From positions 1 to 64,000 of the forward strand of contig CAXXWX010000007.1 of the NCBI GenBank assembly GCA_963675745.2: DNA of 64,000 nt, read 5' to 3'. The notes beneath the pieces were generated by a model. It was not told where the DNA came from. It did not search any database and saw only the letters and a list, made by a program, of their open reading frames with translations. Positions 9,887 through 19,718 of this stretch are shown piece by piece (position 1 is the first letter of the stretch; each line of letters begins with the position of its first letter). The position numbers were made by a program, and so were the translations under genes. This stretch comes from Phycisphaerae bacterium. GTDB taxonomy: Bacteria; Planctomycetota; Phycisphaerae; UBA1845; Fen-1342.

Positions 9887-11176
9887 ATGGCAGCTTCTGC
9901 GAAGTTACTCTGCGATGGTAAGGAAATCACTCTCCCCGTGGTCGAGGGAAGCGAGAAGGAACGGGCCATAGATATCTCACATCTGCGAGCCGAGTCCAAG
10001 CTCATCACCCTCGATGAAGGCTATGGTAATACCGGCTCTTGCCAGAGCGCCATCACATTCATCGATGGTGAGAAGGGTATCCTGCGCTACCGCGGATACC
10101 CCATAGAACAACTCGCCGAGAAGTCCGACTTTGTTGAAGCGGCCCATCTGATCATCTTCGGCGAATTGCCCACGGCCGACCAATCCACCGAGTTCCGGCG
10201 GCTGATCGCCGAGCACGAGTTCATTCATGAAGCGATGCGCCACCACTTCGAGGGCTTTCCGGCGGACGCGCCGCCGATGGCCATCCTCTCGGCGATGATG
10301 AACACCCTGGGCTGTTTCGACGCCACGATGGCTGAGCCCGATCAGGAAGAGGACTTCCTCGACACCACGGCACGCATGATCAGTAAGGTGCGCACGGTGG
10401 CGGCGTCCGCCTATCGCACGTCCATGGGGCTGCCGATCAACTACCCGCGCAACGATCTCTCATACGCCGGTAATTTCCTGCACATGATGTTCTGCATGCC
10501 GCACCAGCCCTGCGAACCAGATCCGGATTACATCGACGCGCTGGACCTGATCCTGCTCCTGCACGCGGACCACGAACAGAACTGCTCAACCTCGACCGTG
10601 CGCATGGTCGGTTCGAGCCTGGCTAATCTGTACGCCTCGGTGGCGGCTGGCATTTGCGCGCTGTGGGGGCCGCTGCACGGTGGGGCCAATGTCGCGGTGA
10701 TCAAGATGCTCAGCGACATCATCGCCAGCGGGGATTCGCTCGAGTCGTTTATCGCGAAGGTCAAGGACAAGGATTCGCACGCCCGCCTGATGGGCTTTGG
10801 CCACCGCGTGTACAAGAACTTCGACCCCCGGGCAAACATCATCAAGCAGGCCTGCGACAAGGTGCTCGCCAAGAAGGGCATCCACGATCCGCTGCTCGAT
10901 ATTGCCAAGCGTCTCGAGGAGGTCGCGCTCAAGGATGAATACTTCGTCGAACGTAAGCTGTATCCCAACGTCGACTTCTACAGCGGCATCATCCTGCGTG
11001 CGATCGGCATTCCGATGAACATGTTCACCGTCATGTTCGCCATTGGGCGACTGCCCGGCTGGATTGCCAACTGGCGCGAAGTGCACATGAACCCGCACGC
11101 GCGCATTTACCGGCCGCGCCAGGTGTATACCGGCGCCACCCAGCGGGATTACGTGCCGGTTTCCGAGCGCGGCTGA
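9887..11176 (+). CDS. gltA: citrate synthase (type II, GltA-like)
   Basis: [60 protein letters not shown]. Confidence 0.93.
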   Translation: MAASAKLLCDGKEITLPVVEGSEKERAIDISHLRAESKLITLDEGYGNTGSCQSAITFIDGEKGILRYRGYPIEQLAEKSDFVEAAHLIIFGELPTADQSTEFRRLIAEHEFIHEAMRHHFEGFPADAPPMAILSAMMNTLGCFDATMAEPDQEEDFLDTTARMISKVRTVAASAYRTSMGLPINYPRNDLSYAGNFLHMMFCMPHQPCEPDPDYIDALDLILLLHADHEQNCSTSTVRMVGSSLANLYASVAAGICALWGPLHGGANVAVIKMLSDIIASGDSLESFIAKVKDKDSHARLMGFGHRVYKNFDPRANIIKQACDKVLAKKGIHDPLLDIAKRLEEVALKDEYFVERKLYPNVDFYSGIILRAIGIPMNMFTVMFAIGRLPGWIANWREVHMNPHARIYRPRQVYTGATQRDYVPVSERG

Positions 11177-11206
11177 CAACCACGCCTCGAGGAGCACTAC
11201 GTCAAC

Positions 11207-12085
11207 ATGGGCGTTCATGCCGGCTCTCGAAGCGCTCGTCTCGCCGCGGCACTGGCCGATCACACGGTCGTCATGCCGGGGGCGCTCAACGCGCTCAGCG
11301 CCCGCCTGATTGAACGGTTGGGCTTTGAGGCGATGTATCTTTCCGGCGCCGTATTGGCCAACAGCGTCAACGGTGTGCCCGACGTCGGCCTCAGCACCCT
11401 GGGCGAGGCCACGCGTCACGCCGAGCGCTGCGCCGCCGTCACGACCATTCCGATCATCAGCGATGGCGACACGGGGTTCGGCGGGCCGGACAACGCCGCG
11501 CGCACGGTGCAGGATTTTGAGCGCGCCGGGTTGAGCGGGTTGCACCTGGAGGACCAGGAGTTTCCCAAGCGCTGCGGGCATCTGTCGGGCAAGCGCCTGG
11601 TGCCCGGCAGCGAGTTCTGCGAGAAGATCGCCGCCGCTGTCGCCGCCCGTCGCGATCCGAACTTCCTGATCATCGCGCGCACCGACGCCCGCGGGGTCAG
11701 TTCGTACGACGACGCCGTCGCGCGCGCTCACGCATACCTCGCCGCCGGCGCGGACGCCATATTCCCCGAGGCGCTTCGCAACCGCGAGGAATTCGCCCGC
11801 TTTGCCAAAGACGTCCCGGCGTGGTTGTTGGCCAACATGACCGAGTTTGGCCAGACTCCATACTTGCGCGTCGATGAGTTTGCGGAACTCGGCTATCGGA
11901 TCGTGATATTCCCGGTCACTCTTCAACGTATTGCGATGAAAGCCATGGAGGGCGCGCTCGGCGAAATCAAGCGGGCCGGCACACAGCAGGCATTGCTGGA
12001 TCACATGCAGACCCGCCAACAGCTTTACGATCTGCTGGGCTACGAGGCTACCACCCCCCACACGCCTCCAGGGGAACAGAAATGA
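11207..12085 (+). CDS. prpB: methylisocitrate lyase
   Basis: DGDTGFGG, EDQEFPKRCGH, IIARTDA, LLANMTEFG. Confidence 0.92.
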   Translation: MGVHAGSRSARLAAALADHTVVMPGALNALSARLIERLGFEAMYLSGAVLANSVNGVPDVGLSTLGEATRHAERCAAVTTIPIISDGDTGFGGPDNAARTVQDFERAGLSGLHLEDQEFPKRCGHLSGKRLVPGSEFCEKIAAAVAARRDPNFLIIARTDARGVSSYDDAVARAHAYLAAGADAIFPEALRNREEFARFAKDVPAWLLANMTEFGQTPYLRVDEFAELGYRIVIFPVTLQRIAMKAMEGALGEIKRAGTQQALLDHMQTRQQLYDLLGYEATTPHTPPGEQK

Positions 12086-13206
12086 CGCAAGCCGAACCGC
12101 TCTATCACCCCGGACTGGCCGGCATCATAGCCGGTGAGACCGCGATCTCGGCAGTTGAGCAGGACTCGCTGATGTATCGCGGCTATGCCATCGATGATCT
12201 GGCCGGCAAAGCCTGCTTTGAAGAAGTTGCGTACCTGCTGCTGTACGGCGAGCTGCCGACTGCGACCCAGCTTGATGAGTTTCGCGCCGCGATCGACCGG
12301 CAGCGCGCGCTGCCCGAGCCGTTGCTGGCTGCGATCAAGTCCATCCCTCGCGCGGCCAGCATGATGGACGTGTTGCGCACCGGCGTGTCCATGGCTGGTC
12401 ACTTTGCGCCGGTCGTGGGAAACGCGCGCGAAGAACTGCTCGCGCAGGCGGCGCACGTGTTGGCTGTCGTGCCGACTATCATCGGAGCCCGCCAGCGCCT
12501 CCTCAACGGCGACGAGCCGGTCACACCCAAACCAGGGCTCTCGCACGCCGCGCAACTGCTCTACCTGGCATCCGGCGTGAAACCGAGCGCGGGTGATGAG
12601 CGCGTGCTTGACTTCACGCTGACGCTGTATGCCGAACACGAATTCAACGCATCGGCCTTTGCGGCGCGCGTGTGTACGAGCACGATGAGCGACCTATACT
12701 CGGCGGTTGTCGCCGGCATCGGAACGCTCAAGGGGCCGCTGCACGGAGGCGCCAACGAAGAGGCCTGCAAGCTGATCACGCGTTTCCAAGATGCCGACGA
12801 GGCCCGCGCCTGGACCCACGAGGCCATCGCGCGCAAAGAGAAGCTCATGGGCTTTGGACACCGTGTCTACAAGCACGGCGACCATCGGGCGCGGTTGCTG
12901 GAGCGCTATGTGTACGAGCTGGCCGCCGATCGTGACCAGCGCTGGCGTGCAGACGTGTACGACGCCATCCGCGACACGGTCTTCGAGGAAAAGAAGCTCT
13001 ACCCTAACCTCGATTATCCGTGTGCGCTGACGTATTTCTTCCTTGGACTGCCGCTGGACATGTACACGCCGATATTCGTGGCTTCGCGCGTTTCCGGCTG
13101 GTGTGCCCACGCGATCGAACAGGCTTGTAACAACCGCATCATTCGGCCGACAAGCCGCTACACCGGCCCGGCTCGGCGTGCCTGGGTGCCGCTCGAAAGC
13201 CGCTAG
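12082..13206 (+). CDS. prpC: 2-methylcitrate synthase / short-type citrate synthase
   Basis: [43 protein letters not shown]-coupled to prpB. Confidence 0.85.
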   Translation: MTQAEPLYHPGLAGIIAGETAISAVEQDSLMYRGYAIDDLAGKACFEEVAYLLLYGELPTATQLDEFRAAIDRQRALPEPLLAAIKSIPRAASMMDVLRTGVSMAGHFAPVVGNAREELLAQAAHVLAVVPTIIGARQRLLNGDEPVTPKPGLSHAAQLLYLASGVKPSAGDERVLDFTLTLYAEHEFNASAFAARVCTSTMSDLYSAVVAGIGTLKGPLHGGANEEACKLITRFQDADEARAWTHEAIARKEKLMGFGHRVYKHGDHRARLLERYVYELAADRDQRWRADVYDAIRDTVFEEKKLYPNLDYPCALTYFFLGLPLDMYTPIFVASRVSGWCAHAIEQACNNRIIRPTSRYTGPARRAWVPLESR

Positions 13207-13224
13207 CGCATGTTACCTTTTGGC

Positions 13225-13308
13225 GTAGCGGCCGACCCCCAAGTCGGCCGTGACCTGAAGAGAATGCACGTTCATCAAAGAAGCGTCCGACTCGGGGTCG
13301 GACGCTAC
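13225..13308. repeat. REP doublet (REPIN-like): two inverted GTAG-palindromes
   Basis: GTAG-CGGCCGAC-N6-GTCGGCCG (+, 13225-13250) and GTAG-CGTCCGAC-N5-GTCGGACG (-, 13284-13308) between convergent genes. Confidence 0.75.
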
Positions 13309-13409
13309 ACGCAAACGTGATTGGCTTTGGCAGGCGTGGCGGACTACGTACAGCGCGATCCGCGAGCGCGTGGCGTACACGAAATCACCACGCGCCCTCT
13401 TCTGACAAG

Positions 13410-14957
13410 CTACCGCCGTCGCGCCTTCAGGCCGACAATGCCCAGCAGCGTCAGTGGCAGGAACTGTGCGAATCCGAACCCGCACAGCGGGGCTACTGGT
13501 GCGGCTGGAGTCTCGACATCCGCGTCATCCGCAGGGCTCGCGCCATCACTGAAGATCGGACTGAGCGTCAATGCCGGCGCCGCCCCGGAGGTGTCGGAGG
13601 TGGTTGTGTCGTCACCCGCTGCGTCGCCGAGGTCGCCGATCTCCTCCTCTTCGACTTGAATCTTGGCCAGATCCTCCGCCGTAGCGCGTTCGAGCAGGAA
13701 GGCTTCGTACCCGGTGCCGTCACCGGAACCGCTGTATGTTCCCCAGCCGGCGACTTCACCGCTGTCATTGATGTCGCGTGCTTCCACCAGACCCCAGCGC
13801 TTGGTGAGGATGATCTGGTCATTTAGGTCGATGATGGCGTAGCCTTCGCCGTCGTCGATCCACATCGCGGCGTGGCGTTGTCGATCGGAGTCCTCGGACC
13901 AGCCGACGATGATCCCGCTGTCACTGATTGCATGCGCGCAACTGTCATCGCCGCCGAGCGTGCCCAGATCGGTCATCACGCCGCCCTGCCAGACAAACGC
14001 GTGCGTATTCAGATCCCAGGTGTCGGCCTCGCCGACGATCACGCCGTTGTTGTTTATCCCGTGCGCCCAACTGTTTAGCCCCCCGAGCGAGCCGAGTGGC
14101 TGCATCAGGCTGTTGGTGGCCTGTGCGTCAAGATTGGCCCAACTGCCGCCCTCGGGCACAATGCGGAAGGCCGAATAGCCCACGCTCGGATCGGGGCCAT
14201 AGCTGTAGCCCACGATCACGCCGTCATCGTTGACGTCGGTGGCGCTGCTGACTTCGTCGCCGCTGCGCAACGTGCCCAGATCGATCATCAGGTCATTGAT
14301 GCCGTCACCATCGGCGTCGACGAAGAAGCCGTTTCCCTGCGGAACGACGAGGAACGCGTGATAGACGTTTTCCTTCCAGTTCGGCGGCGGATCCTTGATG
14401 GACAGGTCGGCCCACCCGACTACATGGTTGGCATTGCTGACCGCCGTCGCCACGCTGCTCAGCCAGACTTCGGGGCCGAGCGCGCCAAGGTTGGTGGCGG
14501 CGTCGCCGGGATAGGGCGTGCCGAAGTCGGACATCACCGCCGGACGCGTGATGTACGCCTGCATGACGAAAAGGTCGACCTCGCGCCACGGCAGGGCATC
14601 GCCGGGTACCACGTACCAGCCGCCGCCGACAATCTGGTCGGCGTCGGAAACGTCGTACGCTTCGCCGCGCTCCTGCGGATACCAGTAATTCCAGTGAACG
14701 GTATCGTTGATGTCACGCAGATCGTCGTTCTGCCAGTGCCAGGCAATCGGTTTTTCATCGGGTACGGCGGCGCTACCGACAACCTGTCCGTAGCTATTCA
14801 CCGCGTACCCGGTGCTGCTGCTGGCACCCTCGAATGTGCCGATGCTGGTCACGACGTACTGCCGTTCCTGACCTTGCAGCGGACGCGGCAGAGCCAGCAC
14901 CGCGAGGGCCATGACGATGATCGCCAGCAGGTGAGTCCATCTTCGATCCTTACGCAT
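13410..14957 (-). CDS. secreted HAF-repeat (DUF3466-like) protein with C-terminal TM sorting tail
   Basis: Signal peptide; repeats such as DLGTLGG.S.A.AI...G.IVG and THAFVWQ; ends PLCGFG-hydrophobic-KARRR. Confidence 0.85.
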   Translation of the reverse strand: MRKDRRWTHLLAIIVMALAVLALPRPLQGQERQYVVTSIGTFEGASSSTGYAVNSYGQVVGSAAVPDEKPIAWHWQNDDLRDINDTVHWNYWYPQERGEAYDVSDADQIVGGGWYVVPGDALPWREVDLFVMQAYITRPAVMSDFGTPYPGDAATNLGALGPEVWLSSVATAVSNANHVVGWADLSIKDPPPNWKENVYHAFLVVPQGNGFFVDADGDGINDLMIDLGTLRSGDEVSSATDVNDDGVIVGYSYGPDPSVGYSAFRIVPEGGSWANLDAQATNSLMQPLGSLGGLNSWAHGINNNGVIVGEADTWDLNTHAFVWQGGVMTDLGTLGGDDSCAHAISDSGIIVGWSEDSDRQRHAAMWIDDGEGYAIIDLNDQIILTKRWGLVEARDINDSGEVAGWGTYSGSGDGTGYEAFLLERATAEDLAKIQVEEEEIGDLGDAAGDDTTTSDTSGAAPALTLSPIFSDGASPADDADVETPAAPVAPLCGFGFAQFLPLTLLGIVGLKARRR

Positions 14958-15232
14958 ACTACACCTCGTCTCCCCACCTGCGGCGTGGGGGCCTGGGGCC
15001 AACGCCAGATTCCGTACACCCGGCGGCGCGCGGCGCAATGCCGATCAGCGCACGACGGCGGCATATTGTCCGTATCGACCGCTCGCCGACGCGACTTCAT
15101 TGCGGCGTGAGACGGCCCTTCGGCGTATACAAGTCGTGTCCCCACTGGTCCGCGCGCGACCAGGAAATCCTTGGCGTTATCGTGCGTGATGTGCCTGTGT
15201 CAGTTTTCCGATCATCCCCAGTGTTGCGTCGG

Positions 15233-15261
15233 TAATACTAATTCTGCACTGATTAGTATTA
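15233..15261. promoter_or_regulatory. AT-rich perfect inverted repeat, candidate operator
   Basis: TAATACTAAT-N9-ATTAGTATTA in the intergenic region upstream of the HAF gene, followed by TTGACA at 15264. Confidence 0.5.
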
Positions 15262-15505
15262 GATTGACATATCGTAAGTGTATTTGAATGCGAGCGTTAC
15301 AGGCATGAAGCCGCCATCGTGCGTCCCGCCGCACTGCTAAAGCGCGCATTCATTATAGGACGTAATTCTCGTGTGGCCGCCTCTACCAAACCGCTGTCTA
15401 CCCACCGGTTCCCAGGTCCATAGCCCGACCGCCGCATTCATGCCAGGCGCTGTTGCAGCAGTGTCGGCGCGAAGGTGATCGTGCCCGCCGCTGGCCACCC
15501 GATCA

Positions 15506-16510
15506 TCAGCCGACCACTCGTTTCTCCGCGCGGATGACCGAGTCCATATAATCGCCGCGGCGCGCTAATTGGACATTCGTGAAGCCCGCCGATTCCAGAT
15601 CCGCGCGGTATTCGTCGAGTGTGTAGGTCCCGCCGCCGTCGGTTGCCGTGAGCATGTTGACGGCGAACAGTGCGCCGCCCGGGGGCGTGGTGCGCGAGGG
15701 GTCCATGACCACGTCGCGGATCAGCAGGACGCCGTCGTCACGCAGCGCCGCGTGAACCTTGGCGAACAGCTCGCGGTTCTGGGCGCGTGAGTTTTGGTGG
15801 GCAATCGCGCCGAGCCAGGCCAGATCCGCGCCACCGGGTAGGTCGTCCGTGTAGAAGTCACCCGCCACCAGCCGAACACGTTCGGCCATGCCCGCGTCGG
15901 CGATGCGTGCCTCTGCCATCGGGATCACGTGCGGCAGATCAAACAGCGTTGCTGTCGAACTCGGCGCTGCGCGGAGGAATGCCAGTGTCCACGTGCCGGA
16001 TGCGCCGCCGATGTCCAGCAGGTGATCGTGGGTGAGCGGCCCCAGGTCGCTGACGATGTCCGCCGCGATCGGCCCGGAGGCATTGTGCATCGCGCCAATG
16101 AACGCCGTCTGGGCCGCATCGTCCCCGCGCGGGCCGACGTCGTGCCGAGCGGGCTTACCGGTTTGTACGGCCTCCGACAGTCGCGCCCAGCGGCGCAGGC
16201 AATTCGCCTGGTGGCAGACCATTGGCAGCACATTCTCGGTGCCATCGTCTGTGAGCACGCCAGCGACCGTCTGCGGCACAGAATACGTGCCCTCGGTCTT
16301 CGCCAGCAGTCCCAGCGCTGTCAGCGCGTCGAGCAGAATCGTGGTCGCGCGCGTGTCGGTTTGCAGGACCGACGCCGCCTGCTCGGCGCTCATCGGCCGG
16401 CGGGCGAGCACGTTAAACACATCGTGATCCGCCGCCGCGGCCAACACGCACGCGGATTGATACGACCGCGCCAGTGCCAGAATTCCCTCGGGTGTCCATT
16501 GCTGTGACAT
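15506..16510 (-). CDS. SAM-dependent O-methyltransferase (ASMT/Methyltransf_2 family)
   Basis: N-terminal dimerisation wHTH; LLDIGGASG, LFDLP, VAGDFY motifs. Confidence 0.88.
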   Translation of the reverse strand: MSQQWTPEGILALARSYQSACVLAAAADHDVFNVLARRPMSAEQAASVLQTDTRATTILLDALTALGLLAKTEGTYSVPQTVAGVLTDDGTENVLPMVCHQANCLRRWARLSEAVQTGKPARHDVGPRGDDAAQTAFIGAMHNASGPIAADIVSDLGPLTHDHLLDIGGASGTWTLAFLRAAPSSTATLFDLPHVIPMAEARIADAGMAERVRLVAGDFYTDDLPGGADLAWLGAIAHQNSRAQNRELFAKVHAALRDDGVLLIRDVVMDPSRTTPPGGALFAVNMLTATDGGGTYTLDEYRADLESAGFTNVQLARRGDYMDSVIRAEKRVVG

Positions 16511-16735
16511 TTTGCTGAGCTCCCAAACACCATCAGTTCAACTGAGCATCCATCCAAGGCCGTGCCCGGCCACAGCATAGCAGAGCGAGCGGCGCATGAT
16601 AGCCGGTCGGGCCTTGGTACATGATGAGATCCGCGAAACAATGACACCGGCCGGCGCAGGGCGGTGACAGCGGCCCCCCACAAGTGATAATAATCACCTG
16701 CCGGATCAAGCTTGCGTCTAAACGCGGGAGTTGCG

Positions 16736-17731
16736 ATGAACATCCTCATCATTGGCGGAACCAAGTTTCTCGGGCCGCATATCGTGGACGCCGCCCTGCG
16801 GCGTGGACATGCCGTCACCACATTCACCCGTGGGCAAACACAAGCGAAAGCTCGCGAGGATGTCGAAGCGTTGATCGGCGATCGCGATGGGGGGCTCTCT
16901 GTCCTGCAAGGTCGCCGGTGGGACGCTGTGGTCGACACCTGCGGCTACTTTCCCCGCATCGTGGCCGCGTCAGCCGAAATGCTGACATCCGCCGTGGACC
17001 ACTACGTCTTTGTTTCCAGCATCTCAGTCTATGCCGACTTCCTCACGGTGGGCATCGATGAGGAATACGCCGTCGGCAAGATTTTGGACCAGACCGTCGA
17101 GGAGATTCGCGAAGACACCTACGGCCCGCTGAAGGCGCTCTGTGAAGCCGTGGTACAGCGCGCGTATCCCGATCGCTCCACGATTATTCGCCCGGGGCTG
17201 ATAGTCGGCCCGCTCGACCCATCCGATCGGTTCACGTATTGGGTCGCACGCGTTGCGCGCCGCGGCACGGTGCTCGCACCAACGCCCCCCGAGCGCCCGG
17301 TGCAGCTCATCGACGCGCGCGATCTGGCCGCCTGGACCGTGACGGTGATCGAACGCCGCATCACGGGCGTGTTCAACGCGACCGGCCCAGCTTCGCAACT
17401 GACCATGCGTGCGCTGCTGGAGGCCTGCCGTGATGTCGCGGGAAGTGCTGCGAGCTTCACCTGGGTTGACGAGAGCTACCTCGTCGAACAGGAAGTCGAG
17501 CCGTGGACCGAACTGCCGATCTGGATCACCGGCGACGAGTATGTCGGGTTCATGCAGGCCGGCATCGCTCGGGCGATCGGGGCCGGGCTGACGTTTCGTC
17601 CGCTGGAGTCCACGATCAGGGATACGCTCGAATGGCACAACACGCGTCCCGCGGATTACGATTGGAAACATGCGCTGAAGCCCGAGAAGGAGGCCGCAAT
17701 CCTGCGCGCGTGGGCGGCGCGCTCGTCGTAG
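16736..17731 (+). CDS. NAD-dependent epimerase/extended SDR (isoflavone-reductase-like)
   Basis: ILIIGGTKFLG, WDAVVDTCGY, YGPLKALCE, RPGLIVGP.D.SDRFTYW. Confidence 0.88.
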   Translation: MNILIIGGTKFLGPHIVDAALRRGHAVTTFTRGQTQAKAREDVEALIGDRDGGLSVLQGRRWDAVVDTCGYFPRIVAASAEMLTSAVDHYVFVSSISVYADFLTVGIDEEYAVGKILDQTVEEIREDTYGPLKALCEAVVQRAYPDRSTIIRPGLIVGPLDPSDRFTYWVARVARRGTVLAPTPPERPVQLIDARDLAAWTVTVIERRITGVFNATGPASQLTMRALLEACRDVAGSAASFTWVDESYLVEQEVEPWTELPIWITGDEYVGFMQAGIARAIGAGLTFRPLESTIRDTLEWHNTRPADYDWKHALKPEKEAAILRAWAARSS

Positions 17732-17795
17732 CACCCGGTGCCTTTGATGCGACGTAGCGCCCGCCTTTTGGCCGCCGACACAAGGAGCCTGCGCG

Positions 17796-18656
17796 ATGAA
17801 ACTGACGCTCACTGAAGATCCACACGCGTTTCAAGAGCGGGCGTTCTCGTTCTTGCTGCAAAACGAAGTCGAAAACAACCTCATGATCGGCCTGCTGCAA
17901 CGTCTGATCGCCGACAAACACGACGCGGCCGATCCGCCATACTACTGCGTTGTCGAAGACGCTGGCCGCGTGGTGGCGGCGGCCATGCGCACGCCGCCTC
18001 ACAATCTGATTGTCCCGCGTTGCCCGCCGCCGGTGCTGGAATTCCTCGCGCGCGAACTGCACGCGCGCGGGTTGCCGTTGCCGGGCGTCATCGGGCCCAG
18101 TGAGGCCGCGGACTGTTTCGCCGGTGCCTGGTGCGCTGTGGCCGGTGTGGAGTCGCGGCTGCAAATGGCGGAGCGCATCTATCGGCTCGACCAGGTCAGT
18201 TGGCCGCCGCCGGTCTCCGGCCGATTCGGGGTCGCCCAGCGCCAGGATGCCGAGCTGGCAATAGAGTGGGCCCGGGCGTTCAACGAGGAGGCTCTCGGGA
18301 GCATCGACGACGTGCGGCCCATGGTCGAACGCCGCCTGGATGAAGGGGCACTCTTTTTCTGGCGCGATGCCCGGCCCGTGTCCATGGCCGGTGCGGCGCG
18401 GTCAACGCCCCACGGCACGGCGGTCGCCCCGGTCTATACGCCGCCGGAATTGCGGCGGCGGGGTTATGCATCCGCGGTAGTAGCGGCGCTCAGCCAGCGC
18501 ATTCTCGACGGTGGCAAGCAGTTCTGCTGCTTGTTCACCGACTTGTCGAATCCAACTTCAAACAGCATCTACCAGAAGATCGGCTATCGCCCGGTGTCCG
18601 ATGTCAACATGCTCGCGTTCATAGAGGCCCCCGAGAAGCGACCGGCGGACGAGTGA
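17796..18656 (+). CDS. GNAT family acetyltransferase
   Basis: VYTPPELRRRGYAS acetyl-CoA motif, LFTDLSNPTSNSIYQKIGY. Confidence 0.88.
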   Translation: MKLTLTEDPHAFQERAFSFLLQNEVENNLMIGLLQRLIADKHDAADPPYYCVVEDAGRVVAAAMRTPPHNLIVPRCPPPVLEFLARELHARGLPLPGVIGPSEAADCFAGAWCAVAGVESRLQMAERIYRLDQVSWPPPVSGRFGVAQRQDAELAIEWARAFNEEALGSIDDVRPMVERRLDEGALFFWRDARPVSMAGAARSTPHGTAVAPVYTPPELRRRGYASAVVAALSQRILDGGKQFCCLFTDLSNPTSNSIYQKIGYRPVSDVNMLAFIEAPEKRPADE

Positions 18657-18686
18657 CCCCGCCGGCACGCAACATGGCAACAGCTA

Positions 18687-19673
18687 CTACCGGCGCGCGG
18701 CCCGACAGACCGCCTCGAGGTTTGCGCGCGGCACCTGCTCGGCATCGAAAGTGCAGCCGGGGGCGATCATGATTGGCCGTTGGCCGGCCTGACGCCGCGC
18801 GTCGGCCACCTCTCGCTCACAGTCGTCCGGCGACCCGTTCGCCAGCGTGGTCAGGTTGTCCACGCCGGCGCAGATCGCGGGCTTGACCCAGTCGCCGACT
18901 TCCGCAATCGTCGGGCCCACCGCACGGTCCGCCCAGTTGATCGCGTGCACTGGATATTCGGCAAACGCCCGAAAATCCACGGCCCGGCCGCAAACATGCA
19001 GCATATTGAAGTCGGCCGTGGAAGCCGCTTCGAGAATCTCCAGGTCGCTCGGCCGCACCAGTTCGGCATAGTTGCGTGTCGTCTCGCCGGGGGCGTCGAT
19101 CCAATCGTCGCGCACCGACAGGAACACACCGTCGGCGCCGGCATCAAGGCAGCGCCGCACGAAATTCGCCAGACTTCGCCCGATTCGCTCGAGCGCCGTG
19201 CTGACGGCCTGCGGATCGCGCGCATGAAACTCCTTGATCCGGGCGCTGGGCGCGTCGACGGCCTTCATTTGGGGCGGCAGGTGCTTCGTCGGTTTGCGCG
19301 TCAGATGGCGAAGCGTCGCCCAGGAGTTGAAAAGCGTGGTGATCATCAGCACCCGGCCGCGCAGCGCGCGGCGCAGGTCCGCGATCAGGTCGAGTTGCCT
19401 GGCAAACTCCGGTTCATCGCCGCGCAACACCGTCAGTGCGGCCAGATCATCGATGCTCTCGACCAGGGTGGCGTGCGGATAGGGGTTGTCATTCATCACC
19501 TTCAAAAAGTCCAGATCATAGGACTCCAGGTGGGTGAGATGGGCCTCGACGGCCGCCCGACCGTGAAACTGCTCCGGTCGAAAGTGGTACCAGAAACTCA
19601 CCGGCGGGTGATCGGGTTGCTGGCCGGCGAGCACGCGCCTGACCCTCTCGATTGAATCCACGACCGCCTCCAC
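18687..19673 (-). CDS. uroporphyrinogen decarboxylase (URO-D/MtaA-CmuA) family protein
   Basis: ERVRRVLAGQQPDHPPVSFWYHF, MLHVCG, MIAPGC motifs; substrate not assignable. Confidence 0.75.
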   Translation of the reverse strand: MEAVVDSIERVRRVLAGQQPDHPPVSFWYHFRPEQFHGRAAVEAHLTHLESYDLDFLKVMNDNPYPHATLVESIDDLAALTVLRGDEPEFARQLDLIADLRRALRGRVLMITTLFNSWATLRHLTRKPTKHLPPQMKAVDAPSARIKEFHARDPQAVSTALERIGRSLANFVRRCLDAGADGVFLSVRDDWIDAPGETTRNYAELVRPSDLEILEAASTADFNMLHVCGRAVDFRAFAEYPVHAINWADRAVGPTIAEVGDWVKPAICAGVDNLTTLANGSPDDCEREVADARRQAGQRPIMIAPGCTFDAEQVPRANLEAVCRAARR

Positions 19674-19718
19674 TCGCGCCGCAACCCCATGGTATGTCTT
19701 CTGCCGGATCGCGCGGCG

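Noticed and set aside
10586..12061. Long antisense ORFs (also 24350-25645, 53929-55329, 58999-60027 and others)
   Set aside because: Shadows of well-supported genes on the opposite strand, expected in high-GC DNA; no family motifs
15233..15300. dif site or replication origin
   Set aside because: No convincing XerC/XerD 11-6-11 match and no cluster of DnaA boxes
18687..19673. Assignment as hemE
   Set aside because: Lacks the W.MRQAGR motif of true HemE; left as a URO-D family member
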